From contig OZ024743.1 in assembly GCA_964016885.1 (NCBI GenBank), positions 237,770,001-237,834,000 on the forward strand: 64,000 nucleotides of DNA, read 5' to 3'. Shown here piece after piece: positions 1 through 12,300 of this stretch. The DNA comes from Eledone cirrhosa (lineage: Eukaryota). How positions within the stretch are numbered: position 1 is the stretch's first letter; the number at the start of each line of letters is the position of its first letter. A program made the translations under genes and the position numbers. Below the pieces are notes generated by a model. That model made no database searches. It saw only the letters and a program-made list of their open reading frames with translations, and was not told the origin of the DNA.

Positions 1-1290
1 ATATAGTTCTTCACAATTCAGGCATTTAATGCAGTAAATTAGATTTCTGCTTTTGCAGTTCATATTTGCATTTGGGAATATTTTTCCAGTTTTTGTTTTC
101 ATATATTGACCAGCGTGTATGGATTGACATGTGCCACATCGTCTATCATTGCATTTAGATACAGTGAATGATTGGTCTTTGTTGTTAAGGTCAAACTTTG
201 CTTTTGTTAGTAATTGCTTCAAATTTTTCGGTTGTCTTTTACTAAGAGTCAAATATCGATCTGTGATTAAGCCTTTTAATTCATTACTTTGAGCAATGAT
301 CGGTAGGTTTGCTTTGGCAGTGTTGAAGATATTCTGGTGACATGGGTATGACCAGTTCTTGGTTTCTTCTTCCTTGGGTTGTCCTAAGTTGTTGTATAGG
401 TATTTTTATAGCCCGCTGTATGCCATTTTCTATAAGTAGAGATGGGTATTTTTGTTTGAGCAAAAATTCTCTTAGTTCTGTTAGGCGTTTGTACCTGGTA
501 TTCGTATCTTCTACAATGGTACAAATTCTTCTGGCTAGGCAGTATGGGATGTTGCGTTTTGTATGAGGTGGATGGCACGACTTAAAATTCAGATATTGAT
601 GGGTGTCTGTGTGTTTATAATATATATCCGTGGTAATAGTGGTGTCGTTTTTGATTATCATTATATCTAGGAATGGTAATTTGGTCCTACTCATCTCTTG
701 TGAATTGGACAGATGGGTGTAGGTTATTCAGGAGGATATTGAACTCATCCAGAGTATCTCGAGATTCTGTCCAGATGATGAAACAGTCGTCAAGGTATCT
801 CTTCCAAGATTTTTCAATGTACTTTCTAAAGTCAGTACTATATTTTTCCTCTATTTCTTGGTAGAGTTGTTGTTCTAAGTATCCCATTACAGAGTTCGCG
901 TAAACGGGAGCAAACTTCGTTCCCATCGCTGTGCCTCTAATTTGGATGTAATTCTTTCCATTGAAGAAGAAAGTGTTGTTTTCCAGAATAAGTTTAACTG
1001 CGTCTAATATAAATGGCGCTGTGAATCTGATGGGAATCACTTCTCTATGTTTTCCCACCCAGTATTTAACCGCCTTTATTCCTAAATCATGTGTAATGTT
1101 GGTGTAAAGGCTTACCACATCAAAACTAAGTAGAAGTGAATTCGTTTCCGTGATTTTGGGAAGATGGGACAGGAAATCGATATCATCCCGGATGAAACTG
1201 GGTATGTGAATACATAGAAGTTTCAAAATAATGTCAACAAAATTGCTTAGACGATGGGTGGGGCATGTTGGACCAGCTATAATAGGTCTA
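1..1290 (-). mobile_element. Penelope-like retroelement (Neptune-like), 5'-truncated and frameshifted: RT, Cys linker and start of GIY-YIG endonuclease; runs off the window edge
   Basis: ORFs 687-1337 and 284-694 carry PLE RT motifs LRPIIAG, SFDVVSLYTNI, GTAMGTKFAPVYAN, RYLDDCF, LPFLD, YYKHTDTHQYL..SCHP. Hand translation of the minus strand over 1-165 gives CNDRRCGTC and MNCKSRNLIYCIKCLNCEELY. Confidence 0.92.
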
Positions 1291-1337
1291 AGTTTTAAGT
1301 ATACATATTTTATATATACATATATATATATATACAA

Positions 1338-1484
1338 TATATTAATAAATGGAAACTATATTTATAAAACCATATTTATTTCATTATACATATTTCAAGG
1401 ACACCAAAGCAAATTATTTTTGTTTTGCGAGGTTTTTGATATGAAATCATGTGTTGAAACAAATATTGTTATACTTGGGGAGGG
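1338..1484. repeat. Dispersed repeat fragment, also found at ~50690-50750 (direct) and ~31533-31596 (inverted)
   Basis: atggaaactatatttataaaaccatatttatttc recurs at ~50701. gttttgcgaggttt...gaaacaaatattgttatacttggggaggg recurs as its reverse complement at ~31533. Confidence 0.75.
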
Positions 1485-1680
1485 TAGAATAGATTATAGT
1501 GCGAGTCTCTAGAAGACAGAGGGTTACATAATTTATTCGGTTGTTTATACAATGCGGCCTTATCTATTACTTCCCATTGAAGTGTATATGGTCTATTCTT
1601 AGTTTTCAGAGAGTGTATGTAGTTCGATAAAGGAGTGGTGTTGGCTAGGTTACGATTTGCCTATGAACTTGATACAGCTC
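1480..1680 (-). mobile_element. Naiad-like PLE GIY-YIG C-terminal fragment
   Basis: Hand translation gives NTTPLSNYIHSLKTKNRPYTLQWEVIDKAALYKQPNKLCN/LCLLE, matching the T.LS.YI..LK...W.I...A..Y...C.LC..E pattern also seen at 48046-48414. Confidence 0.72.
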
Positions 1681-1805
1681 ACTGACTCCGCCACCACAAT
1701 AACATCTACACTCGCTCTCTACCACCACCACCGCATTTACATACGTCATTACCCTATCTACACTAAGGTGACTGACCAGTTGCCAAACTACTTTCTCTGT
1801 GTTGA

Positions 1806-1806
1806 A

Positions 1807-1894
<88 letters not shown>

Positions 1895-1924
1895 TATATA
1901 TATATATATATGTATGTATGTATG

Positions 1925-1985
<61 letters not shown>

Positions 1986-2056
1986 TGACCTGTTGCTTTT
2001 CTCTGTGTTGAATGTGTGGTGTGTATATATATGTATATGTATGTATATATATATAT
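1806..2056. repeat. (TA)n / (TATG)n microsatellites
   Basis: Direct inspection. Confidence 0.97.
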
Positions 2057-2681
2057 AAATGGAATAGAATGAAACGAAATTTCATTTCTCACTCTTAGTA
2101 CGGCGCTTACTTAAATGTAAGTATGTATGTATACGTACATACATATATGTATACAGACGTACAGTAGTATGTATATATATATACATACATTCACACATAT
2201 ATATATGCACGTATCGGTTTACCGAACATTTATTATAAGGCTCGGTCTGTTTGTTTGTAAACAAACAAACAGCCCGAATTACGCCGTACAGTGTTTAGGC
2301 AACCACGTCACCTTTTTGTTCAACACTGACACAGGAATGATGTACTAGTTTCAAGCTTATTAGCTATCGTCAGCATCGTATACCTTCCTGCCAGATGGTT
2401 GAACGTCTGAAAGTATATACTTTCCTTATGCATATTAACGGCTGAGCAGCCTAATTTGCATATCGAGTGAGTTCAGTCGGCCGGGCGCACCGAAAACGAT
2501 AAATGGAATAGAATGAAACGAAATTTCATTTCTCACTCTTAGTACGGCACTTACTTAAATGTAAGTATGTATGTATACGTACATACATATATGTATACAG
2601 ATGTACAGTAGTATGTATATATATATACATACATGCACACATATATATATGCACGTATCGGTTTACCGAACATTTATTATA
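2055..2681 (-). mobile_element. Non-coding partial-tandem unit (444-bp period, 183-bp direct repeats) containing a hammerhead ribozyme; PLE pseudo-LTR or retrozyme-like
   Basis: 2055-2237 and 2499-2681 are near identical (ataaatggaatagaatg...gaacatttattata). The HHR lies between them. Confidence 0.75.
2332..2390 (-). ncRNA. Type I hammerhead ribozyme, canonical core
   Basis: Minus strand reads caggaa-ggtatac-gatg CUGACGA u-agcu-aaua-agcu-u GAAA cuag UA cauc-a-uuccug. Stem I is gaug/cauc plus caggaa/uuccug; stem III is the palindrome ACUAGU. Confidence 0.88.
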
Positions 2682-2749
2682 CACACATATATATATATAT
2701 ACACATATACATATGTATATATATATATACATACATATATATATATATG

Positions 2750-2870
2750 ACAATACTATATCTCATTTCACACCTTTTATTATTAATGTTTCTGATGTTC
2801 TCTTGAGAGAATCGTTTTTGCTGAAAATATCGAATAATGTACACCATTTTTACCAGTATCACAAAAATAC
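2750..2870 (-). mobile_element. Possible degenerate PLE GIY-YIG C-terminal tail upstream of the HHR unit
   Basis: Hand translation ...FDIFSKNDSLKRTSETLIIKGVK* weakly resembles the R..E..I...P.LN end motif; contains stops. Confidence 0.3.
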
Positions 2871-2880
2871 TGGTCCCCCC

Positions 2881-2998
2881 CCACACACACATACATACAC
2901 ACACACATATATACACACACACATACACACGCGTACACTAACATACAAAGAGACATATACACACACACATACACACGCGTACACTAACATACAAAGAG

Positions 2999-3084
<86 letters not shown>

Positions 3085-3192
3085 CTCCGTATGAGACAAG
3101 AGCTGAAAAATATCTTTCAACATGTTAAAATATTCCCCACACCCGTACAGACATATTCCTACTGACCGATCCCTCTACCACGAATTACTCTG

Positions 3193-3288
<96 letters not shown>

Positions 3289-3410
3289 TTGTCTTAATAG
3301 ACACCTGAACTGTTGACCTGTCAACTTGACTGCAATTCACACACACATCCCTACTGACCATTATCACAACAATGAACCTCTTTACTACACACACACACAC
3401 ACACATATTT
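2881..3410. repeat. (CA)n microsatellite cluster with a short local duplication
   Basis: Long CA runs; acgcgtacactaacatacaaagagacatatacac occurs twice. Confidence 0.95.
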
Positions 3411-3815
3411 GTCTTAAAAAACTTATTTTTCAGTGACTTCTTAATCAGGCGAAAAAAGACACTCTTCGACAAACCTACATTTGGCGCAAAATCAATTTTT
3501 AACATTCACGTGACCTCAAAATTGTTTTGACCACGAGAAATTTTGCAACACGAATTGGCGCGAAACTTATTTTAATACATCTGGAGCCAGTTTTTTCACA
3601 TAAAGCAGGTAGAATTTCCAAAACTGATCAGATTAGAGCAAACATCACGGGCGCTCTATCTCAAAATTATTTTTGAAAAGCATTAGAAATGCGCAACCGA
3701 TAAAAACTTAAAACCAAAACTGAATACTAACCAATACTTATTACTAATTTTTACTTATTCCTAATTAAACTATTTTTCACTGGGAACAATTTGTCAGCAT
3801 TTTCTTTTCCTTTTA

Positions 3816-3818
<3 letters not shown>

Positions 3819-3908
<90 letters not shown>

Positions 3909-4060
3909 ATATATATATACACATATACATACGCACGTACAAACACACACACGCACGCGCATACACTCAACCACATGTATAAGAACATATACACAAATGT
4001 AGGTGTATATACACACATATACACACACATACACACATATACATACATATACATAAGACT
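3819..4060. repeat. (TA)n and degenerate (CATA) microsatellite
   Basis: Direct inspection. Confidence 0.95.
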
Positions 4061-4191
4061 ATACAGACAAAAAACAAAGGCCTATAATCACCGCATATAC
4101 ACAACTAAAACTGTAAACACATGCATAGAGCCAAATAAGGGTATAATATAAACATAAACTCACACACGAGGAAAAATACATGCAACCACAT

Positions 4192-4224
<33 letters not shown>

Positions 4225-4710
4225 CGCTTGAGATCGGTGCGGAAGTCGGACCTTCGTAAAGACTTGAAAATCCGCCTCTTCATTGCTGTAGTGGAGTCTG
4301 TGCTGCTGTACGGGTCTGAGACTTGGACACTGACCAAGAAACTCACTCAGATGGTGGCTGGGTGCTACATGAGAATGCTGAGGATGCCTCTGAACATTAA
4401 TCAGTATACACTGAGGGTGAAAAACTCAGAGCTGTATGGGAGCCTCCCAAAAGTAAGCTTAAAAGTGACACAGAGGAGACTGAGGTTAGCTGGACATGCT
4501 CATCGACATCCAGAGTTGACATTGCACTCAGTGCTCCTGTGGGAGCCCCTACATGGACACACTGGAAGAGGAAGACCAAGGTTAACATATGTTGATGCCC
4601 TAAGGACAGACACTGGTCTGTTGGAGACGCAGGACATGGCAGCGATAATGAGGGACAGAGACCGCTGGAGAGAACTCGTCCATGGATCTCGGGAATTTCA
4701 CCCGCCCTAG
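4225..4710 (+). mobile_element. RTE-clade LINE, 3' RT fragment (5'-truncated)
   Basis: KIRLFIAVVESVLLYGSETWTLTK...RMLR...RRLRLAGHAHR...GRGRPRLTYVD...DRDRWR is the typical RTE C-terminus. Confidence 0.9.
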
Positions 4711-4774
4711 AATACACATGATGGCTTCACCCTCGTTATCGAGTATGGCTAATGCACGATATACCATTATTAAT

Positions 4775-4984
4775 AATTATTAATTAATTCTATCGTGCAA
4801 TGCCTGTGCGTGAAGATATTTTTTTAAAGTGAGGAAAGACTGTGCACTGAGCCAATCCCACTCTCTGAGCGACAGTAGCTATAACCCGAAAAGAAGAAAA
4901 GATTAACATAATCGGGAGCTACTGAGCCGCAGGTTTTATATCGGAGTTATCCCAGTTACCTGAGTTGCCTTCTCCTAGAAGAAT
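4775..4984. repeat. Dispersed ~210-bp repeat; inverted partner of 6543-6750
   Basis: attaattaattctatc...gccttctcctagaagaat matches the reverse complement of 6543-6750 with scattered substitutions. Confidence 0.85.
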
Positions 4985-5461
4985 ACCCTACATATATATA
5001 AACATACATACAAATATACACACATACGCATATGTACAAATACATACGCACGCACACACACACACGCACACACATATATATATACACACACACAAACACA
5101 TACACATAAACATACATCTACACACATGTATATATATATACATATATACATATACACACATACATACACACACAATACATACACACTTACATATGTACAC
5201 ACACACATATATATATATACAATAAAGTATGTCCAATAGAATCATTTGATAAGATATATACACCATCTCCTGTGTGTATGTATGTGTGTGTGGGTATATA
5301 TGGATATATTTTATATATATATATATATAAAATATATCCATATATACCCACACACACATACATACACACACACATACAAGTGTGCACATCAAACAATATA
5401 TATATATATGTGATATATATATATCACACACTCGACGCGACCAAATTTCAACCCAGCGACT

Positions 5462-5552
5462 ACAGCACCAGCAACAACAACAGCAACAACACCATTGTCT
5501 GCAGCAGCAGCAGCATCAGCAGCAGCATCAGTGTGAAATGAACAACAACAAC

Positions 5553-5632
<80 letters not shown>

Positions 5633-5680
5633 CTGCCAGCACCATCACTGACACTATCCACCACCATCACCATCACCAGC
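5462..5680. repeat. (CAG)n/(CAA)n/(CAC)n trinucleotide microsatellite
   Basis: Direct inspection. Confidence 0.95.
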
Positions 5681-5711
5681 GATCAGGCCTTAAGAAGAAA
5701 ATAACAACTAT

Positions 5712-5822
5712 AATAATTGTTTCTACTTTAGGCACAAGGCCAGCAATTACCCAGTGCATTACTGGTACTTTATTTTATCGACCCCGTAAGGATGAAAGGC
5801 AAAGTCAACCTCGGCGGGATTT
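5712..5822 (-). mobile_element. tRNA-derived octopus-type SINE, 3' half
   Basis: Reverse complement of the 3' part of the SINE at 6244-6432. A second tail fragment lies at ~5932-5992. Confidence 0.85.
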
Positions 5823-6090
5823 TCTGTTCTTGGCACAGGGCAGCAATTGTCCCAGCGCATTGCTGATGCCTTGTTTTGGGCCCGGAGCGTGGAGGGCCGT
5901 AGCTCTATGCTGTAAAACAAACAATTATTCTAATAATTGTTTCTACTTTTGGCACAAGGCCAGCAATTATCTCAGTGTATTACTGGTACTTTTATAATAA
6001 TACTGAACAGTAAAACTCGGCTTCAATTATATGAGCTCCTTCTAAAGTCAACAGTTGACATGATCTTGTATCAGTAATGACGGTAATATA

Positions 6091-6142
<52 letters not shown>

Positions 6143-6243
6143 TGGCGTGTGTGTGTTTGTATGCATGAGTGTTGGTGTGTGAGTTAGTGTGTCTGTGTGC
6201 CGTACATATGTGTGTCAATAAGTGATTATTATTATTATTATTA

Positions 6244-6445
6244 GGGCGGTGGATTGGCAGTATCGGTAGAGGGTCGGAAGCCATGCTTTCCAGCATAGTT
6301 ACGTCCCTTTACGATTTGAGTTCAAATCCCGCCGAGGTTGACTTTGCCTTTCATCTTTACGGGGTCGATAAAATAAAGTACCAGTAATGCACTGGGTAAT
6401 TGCTGGCCTTGTGCCTAAAGTAGAAACAATTATTATTATTATTAT
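6244..6445 (+). mobile_element. tRNA-derived SINE (octopus OR/OK-like), full length
   Basis: A-box tggcagtatcgg, B-box gagttcaaatccc, body gccgaggttgactttgcctttcatc...ggggtcgataaaataaagtaccag, and (TTA)n tail. Multiple copies occur in the window. Confidence 0.9.
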
Positions 6446-6542
6446 TTTTTTTTTTTGCGCGGGGACATAAAAATAATCGGGCTGGATACCCGATCGCGCA
6501 GTTAAACCACTGGGAGTGAAGGACCCCTAGCTCTTGTCGGAG

Positions 6543-6750
6543 AATTCTTCTAGGAGAAGGCATCTCAGGAAACTGGGTTAACTCCGAAATAAAACCTGCG
6601 GCTCAGTAGTTACCTATGATGTTGATCTTTTCTTCTTTTCGGGTTATAGCTACTGTCGCCCAGGGAGTGGGATTGGCTCAGTACACAGTCTTTCCTCACT
6701 TTAAAAATATTCTTCATGCACAGGCATTGCATGATAGAATTAATTAATAA
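6543..6750. repeat. Dispersed ~210-bp repeat; inverted partner of 4775-4984
   Basis: See 4775-4984. Confidence 0.85.
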
Positions 6751-6789
6751 CTATTAATAGTGTTATTGTTATTGTTATTATTGTTATGA

Positions 6790-9310
6790 CCATGCTGTAA
6801 AATGGAGGGGTAGAGAGGGCCCATGACTCCAGTAAGACATACTCTCTAGTGCTGGGGGCATGAATAAAAACACCCAGTCCATGCTGCAAAGAGGCACTGG
6901 TGTTAGAAAAGGCATGCAATCAGTGTATTAATGCCAAAACAATTATGAGCACAACAATAAATATATATCGCAATAACTGCGTAAACAGCAATAGCACTAA
7001 CCATGTTAGGGCTGCGCACGGTAGTGGGGTTAAAATGCAGCCATGTTCGAGAACCCCTTGCCCATCTTCAAGCAATCGCACTACAGGAAAAGGAACAACA
7101 AAAATATGAAGACTTCGCATCTCAGAGTTGCAACACTTAATGTTGGCACTCTCACAGGGAGATCTGGTGAAATAGCGGAGATGCTGGGGAGAAGGCATGT
7201 GGATGTGTGCTGCATGCAAGAGGTGAGACGGGGAGGTGCCTCTGCGAGACTAATCGCAGGCAAACATCTTAGTTATAAGCTTTTCTGGGTAGGTAAGGAT
7301 GATGGGTTAGGTGGAGTAGGCATTTTCCTGGCTGAGAGATGGATCAATAAGACAATAGAGGTAGTTCGAGTTAATAATAGAATAATTTAGCTTAGATTAG
7401 TTGTAGGCAGGAGACTACTGACAATCATCTCTGCCTATGCTCCCCAAGCAGGCTTAGGTAAAGAAGAGAACGACTGTTTTTACGAGCAACTTTTACAAAC
7501 AGCCGCATTGACAGAGGACGGAGACATCGTTATGCTAGCAGGGAACTTCAATGGTCATGTTGGACAGCTCCAGGATGGATACACTGGTGTACATGGTGGG
7601 CACGGTTACGGCTCAAGAAATGAAGAAGGAGTGAGACTTCTTGAATTTTGTGATGCAAGTACACTGACCATTTGCAACACTAACTTCCATAAACCTGCCA
7701 ACCACCAAACCTACAATCAGACAAGCACATAAGCCAGATTGACTTCTTACTCGTTAGGCAGCGGGACAGGCAGATGGTGTCAAATACCAAGGCATACCCT
7801 GGGGAAGAATGTACCCCACAGCATAGGTTAGTCGTTAGTGATATCTCAGTAAGCAAGAGACGGAATGAGACATACAGGAAGGTGTGGAGAAGAAAGGTCT
7901 GGAAGCTAAAAGACCTTTCACTAAAATACAAATTTAGGAAAGCCCTTCAAAATGTGTATGACGAAAAAGAAGACGATTTAGAGTCGTATGACATAGATGA
8001 TAACTGGAATTTCTTACGTGAAAACTTACTGCAGGCTACTGATGAAACTTGTGGCTGGAGCAGAGCTCCAAACCAGACAGAGAGTGACCTGGTGGTGGAA
8101 CAGCACAGTAGATAGGGCTATTAGAGACAAAAGACTAGCATGGAAGGCTTGGGAAAAGGGTGGGAGTAGAGAAGGATATACAGCCGCTAAGAGAGAAGCT
8201 AGACGTCAGCTGTATTTAGCACGCAGGGAGGCCGAGAGTAGGAGGTTTGCCAATGTTCTGCGACGGGAAAATCAGAGACGTGCGGTGTTCCACATTGCAA
8301 GGCAGTGTGTCAATGCAAATCAGGATGTTGTTGGAGATAAATGTGTCAGGAATGATGCCGGTGTACTTAATGTCACAAATGATCAGAAAAAGGAGGCCTA
8401 GAAATGTCATTATGAGAGACTGATGAATGTGGAGAACGAATAGGAGAGAGAGAAATTATCCCCAGTAGATTCGACAGAAGGACCAGCTATTGAGATTGAC
8501 GAATATAGAGTCCAAGAGGTGATTAAGGAAGTGAAAAATGGTAAGGGGTTTAGTTACTGAGATGCTGAAGGCATCAGGGGAAATAGGCACTACACTGGTG
8601 GCACGCATCATCAATTAGGCTATATATAGCGGTGTCATACCCAAAGACTGGTGCAGCAGTATTCTCATAAATTGCTACAAAAGTAAAGGGGTGCTCTAGA
8701 GTGGAGCAATTATAGGGGAATAAAGCTGGGGGATCAGGTTATGAAAGTGGCAGAGAGAATATTAGCACAACTGATTAGAGAAAGGGTAAAATTAGATGAG
8801 ATGCAGTTTGGTTTTGTGCCCCGGAAAAGTACAACGGATGCCCTCTTCTTAGTGAGACAAATACAAGAGAAGTTCTTAGAGAAGAATAAGCCACTATACT
8901 TAGTTTTTGTTGACTTAGAGAAGGCCTTTGATAGGGTGCCCTATCTGTCATCTGGTGGTCCCTAAGGAAACTAGGTGTTGAGGAATGGCTTGTGAGGACA
9001 GTGCAAGCTATGTACAGAGGTGATGTCAGTAAAGTCAGAGTAGGAAAGGAGTTTAGTGAAGAATTCCCGATACAAGTAGGTGTACATCAGTGTTCAGTCC
9101 TCAGCCTGCTCTTGCTCATTATAGTCCTCTAAGCCATAACAGAGGAGTTTAAGAGAGGCTGCCATGGGAAGTTCTCTATGCTGACGATCTGGTTCTTATA
9201 GCAGAATCAGTAGAGGAGCTAGGGAATAAATTCTGGCTATGTAAACAGCAGTTGGAATTAAGAGGACTGAGAGTGAACCTAGCTAAGCCAAAAGTGTTGA
9301 TGAGTAGAAA
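6790..9310 (+). mobile_element. RTE-clade LINE (APE endonuclease + RT), decayed, truncated at the 3' end by the satellite
   Basis: EN motifs: LRVATLNVGTL, DVCCMQEVR, SAYAPQ, GNFNGHVG, QIDF, PQHRLV. RT motifs: QFGFVPRKSTTDA, VFVDLEKAFDRV, LYADDLVL, GLRVNLAK. Many stops and frameshifts. Confidence 0.93.
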
Positions 9311-12300
9311 AAACGGTCTCCAAATAAAAAACGAACACCCCCAAAGAAAAAACGGACACCTCCAAATAAAGAACGTACCTACCCAAATAAAAAAACCACC
9401 CGCCCCCAAATAAAGAACTAACCCTACTAAATAAAAAACGATCCCTCCTCTAAATAAAAAATGGATTCACCCAAATAAAAAACGGATCATCCCTAAATAA
9501 AAAACGTTCCGCCCCAAATAAAAAACGCCCCCCCCCCCGACCCCAAATAAAAAACGGTCTAACAAATGAAAAACGCCCCCTCCTCAAAATAAAAACGGAC
9601 ACCCTAATAAAAAACGGACCATCCCAAATAAAAACGGACCCCTCCCCCGAATGAAGAACGGATCCACCCAAATATAAAACGGATCCTCTCCAAATGAAAA
9701 ACGGCCCTCCAAATAAAAAATGGACCCCAAATAAAAATCGGACACCCTCAAATAAAAGACGGCACGCCCCTCCAAATAAAAAATGGATCCCTCCAAATAA
9801 AGAACGAACCCCACTAAATAAAGAACTGGTCCCCCTAACCCAAATAAAAAACGGACCCACAAAGGAAAACGGCCACCCAAATAAAAAATGGATCCCCAAA
9901 TAAAAAACGGAATCCAAATAAAAATTGGATCTCCCAAATAAAAAAACCGACCCCCAACTAAAAAACGGAACCCCAAATAAAAAACGGATACCACAAATAA
10001 AAAACGGAACCACAAATAAAAAACGGATGCCCCCAAATAAAAAACGGACCTCCGCCCAAATAAAAAACGCCCCCCCCCAATTAAAAACGGACCCCCAAAT
10101 AAAAAATGGATCCCCTCCAAATAAAAAACGGATCTCCCAAATAAAAAACGGACCACCAAATAAAAAACCGATCGCCCCCAAATAAAAAACGGACCCCCCA
10201 TATAAAAAACGGGCCTCCAAATAAAAAACGGAGTCCCCCCAAATAAGAAATGGATCCTCCAAATAAAAAAATGGATCCACCCAAATAAAAAACGGATCCC
10301 GCCCAAATAAAAAAACGGTACTCCAAATAAAAAACGGACCCCCCACTCCAAATAAAAAATAGATCCCTCCACATAAAAAATGGATCCCACCAAAAAACGG
10401 ATCTCCAAATAAAAAACGGCCCCCAAATAAAAAACGTTCCCCCAAATATTAAACGCCCCCCCAATAAGAAATGCATTCCCCAAATAAAAAATGGATCAGC
10501 CTCAAATAAAAAATGATCACCCCAAATAAAAAACGGATCGCGGCCAAATACAAAAAGGACCTCCAAATAAAAAATGGATCCCCCGAAATATAAAATGGAT
10601 CCCACCAAATAAAAAACGGACCTCACCAATAGAAAACGGAACTCGAATAAAAAACGGATCCCCCGAAATAAAAAACGGCCCCCAAATAAAAAACGGATAC
10701 CCCAAATAAAAATAAAAAACGGACCTCCAAATAAAAAACGGACCACACCCCAATAAAAAACGGACCCCATATAAAAAACGGATCGCCCCAAATAAAAAAC
10801 GGATCCCCAGATAAAAAAATGGATCCCCCAATAAAAATCGGTTCGCCCCCTCCCAATAAAAAACTGACCCCTAATTAAATAACGGATCCCCCCAAATAAA
10901 AATCGGATACCGAAATAAAAAATGGATCCCCCGAAATAAAAAACGGATCCCCCAAATATTAAACGGACACACCCAAATAAAAAATGGTACCCCCAAATAA
11001 AAAATGGATCCCCCAAATAAAAAAACGACGCCCCCCCCTAAATAAGAAATGGATCCCCCAAATAAAAAACGGACCTCCAAATAAAAAACGGATCCCTCCA
11101 AATAAGAAACTGACCTCCCCTAAATAAAAAACGGGCCGCCTATTAAAAGTCCCCCCCCCCCCACAAAAACGGACACCAAATAAAAACGGATCGCCCCCTA
11201 ATAAAAAACGGATACCGAAATAAAAAACGGACCCCCCAAATAAAAAAATGACTCCCAAAAATAAAAAAACGGATCCCCCCAAATAAAAACCGATCCCGCC
11301 CGAATAAAAAAAGGACCTTCAAATAAAAAACGGAGCACCCCCCCACCCCACCCCACATAAAAAATGGATACCTCCAAATAAAAATTGGATGCCCCAAAAT
11401 AAAAAACGGATCGCGCCAAATAAAAAACGGACCGCTAAATGAATAACGGATGCCCAAATAAAAAATGGATACCCCGAAATAAAAAACAGAGCCACGCAAT
11501 AAAAAACGGCTACCCCCCCCGAATAAAAAACGGACCTCCCCCCAGATAAAAAAACTGGCCCCCCAATAAGAAATGGCTCCCCTCCAAAAAAACCGACCCC
11601 AAACAAAAAATGGATCGCCCCCAAATAAAAAACGGACCTCCAAATAAAAAACGGACCCTCCCAATAAAAAACGGACCCCCAAATAAAAAACGGACCCCAA
11701 ATAAAAAATTGACGCCCAAATAAAAAATGAACCCCAAAAATAGAAAAACGAATCCCCCGAAATATTAAACGGAGCCCCCCCCCCAATAAGAAATTGATCC
11801 TCCAAATAAAAAATGGATCTCCCCCAAATAAAAAACGGATCCCACCCAAATAAAAAACGGATCCCCCCCAAAACGGACCCCTAAATAAATAACGGATTCC
11901 CAAATAAAAAATGGATCACTCGAAATAAAAAACGGAGCCCCCCAATAAAAAATGGAGCCCCGAATAAAAAACGGCTCCCCCCCAAAATAAAAAACAGTTC
12001 GCCACCAAAGAAAAAAGGACCCGCCAAATAAAATACGGGCCTCCAAATAAAAAACGGATCGCCCCCGAATAAAAAACGGAACCCCACATAAAATACGGAT
12101 CCCCCAAATAAAATACGGATCCCCCAAATAAAAAACCGACCTCGAAATAAACCCCCCCCCACCCCCCAAAAAAAACGGACCCCTATATAAAAAAAAATCG
12201 CCCCCAAATAAAAAACGGACACCCAGATAAAAAAACGGACCCCCAAATAAAAAACGGTTCACCCTCAAATTAAAAACGGGCCTCCAAATAAAAACGGAGC

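Noticed and set aside
1645-6296. ORFs rich in YI/HT/CV/polyQ/polyC
   Set aside because: Translations of microsatellites; the same applies at 40965-41250, 50390-51677 and 62548-62772.
6244-6330. tRNA gene
   Set aside because: A/B boxes belong to a SINE head; no full cloverleaf.
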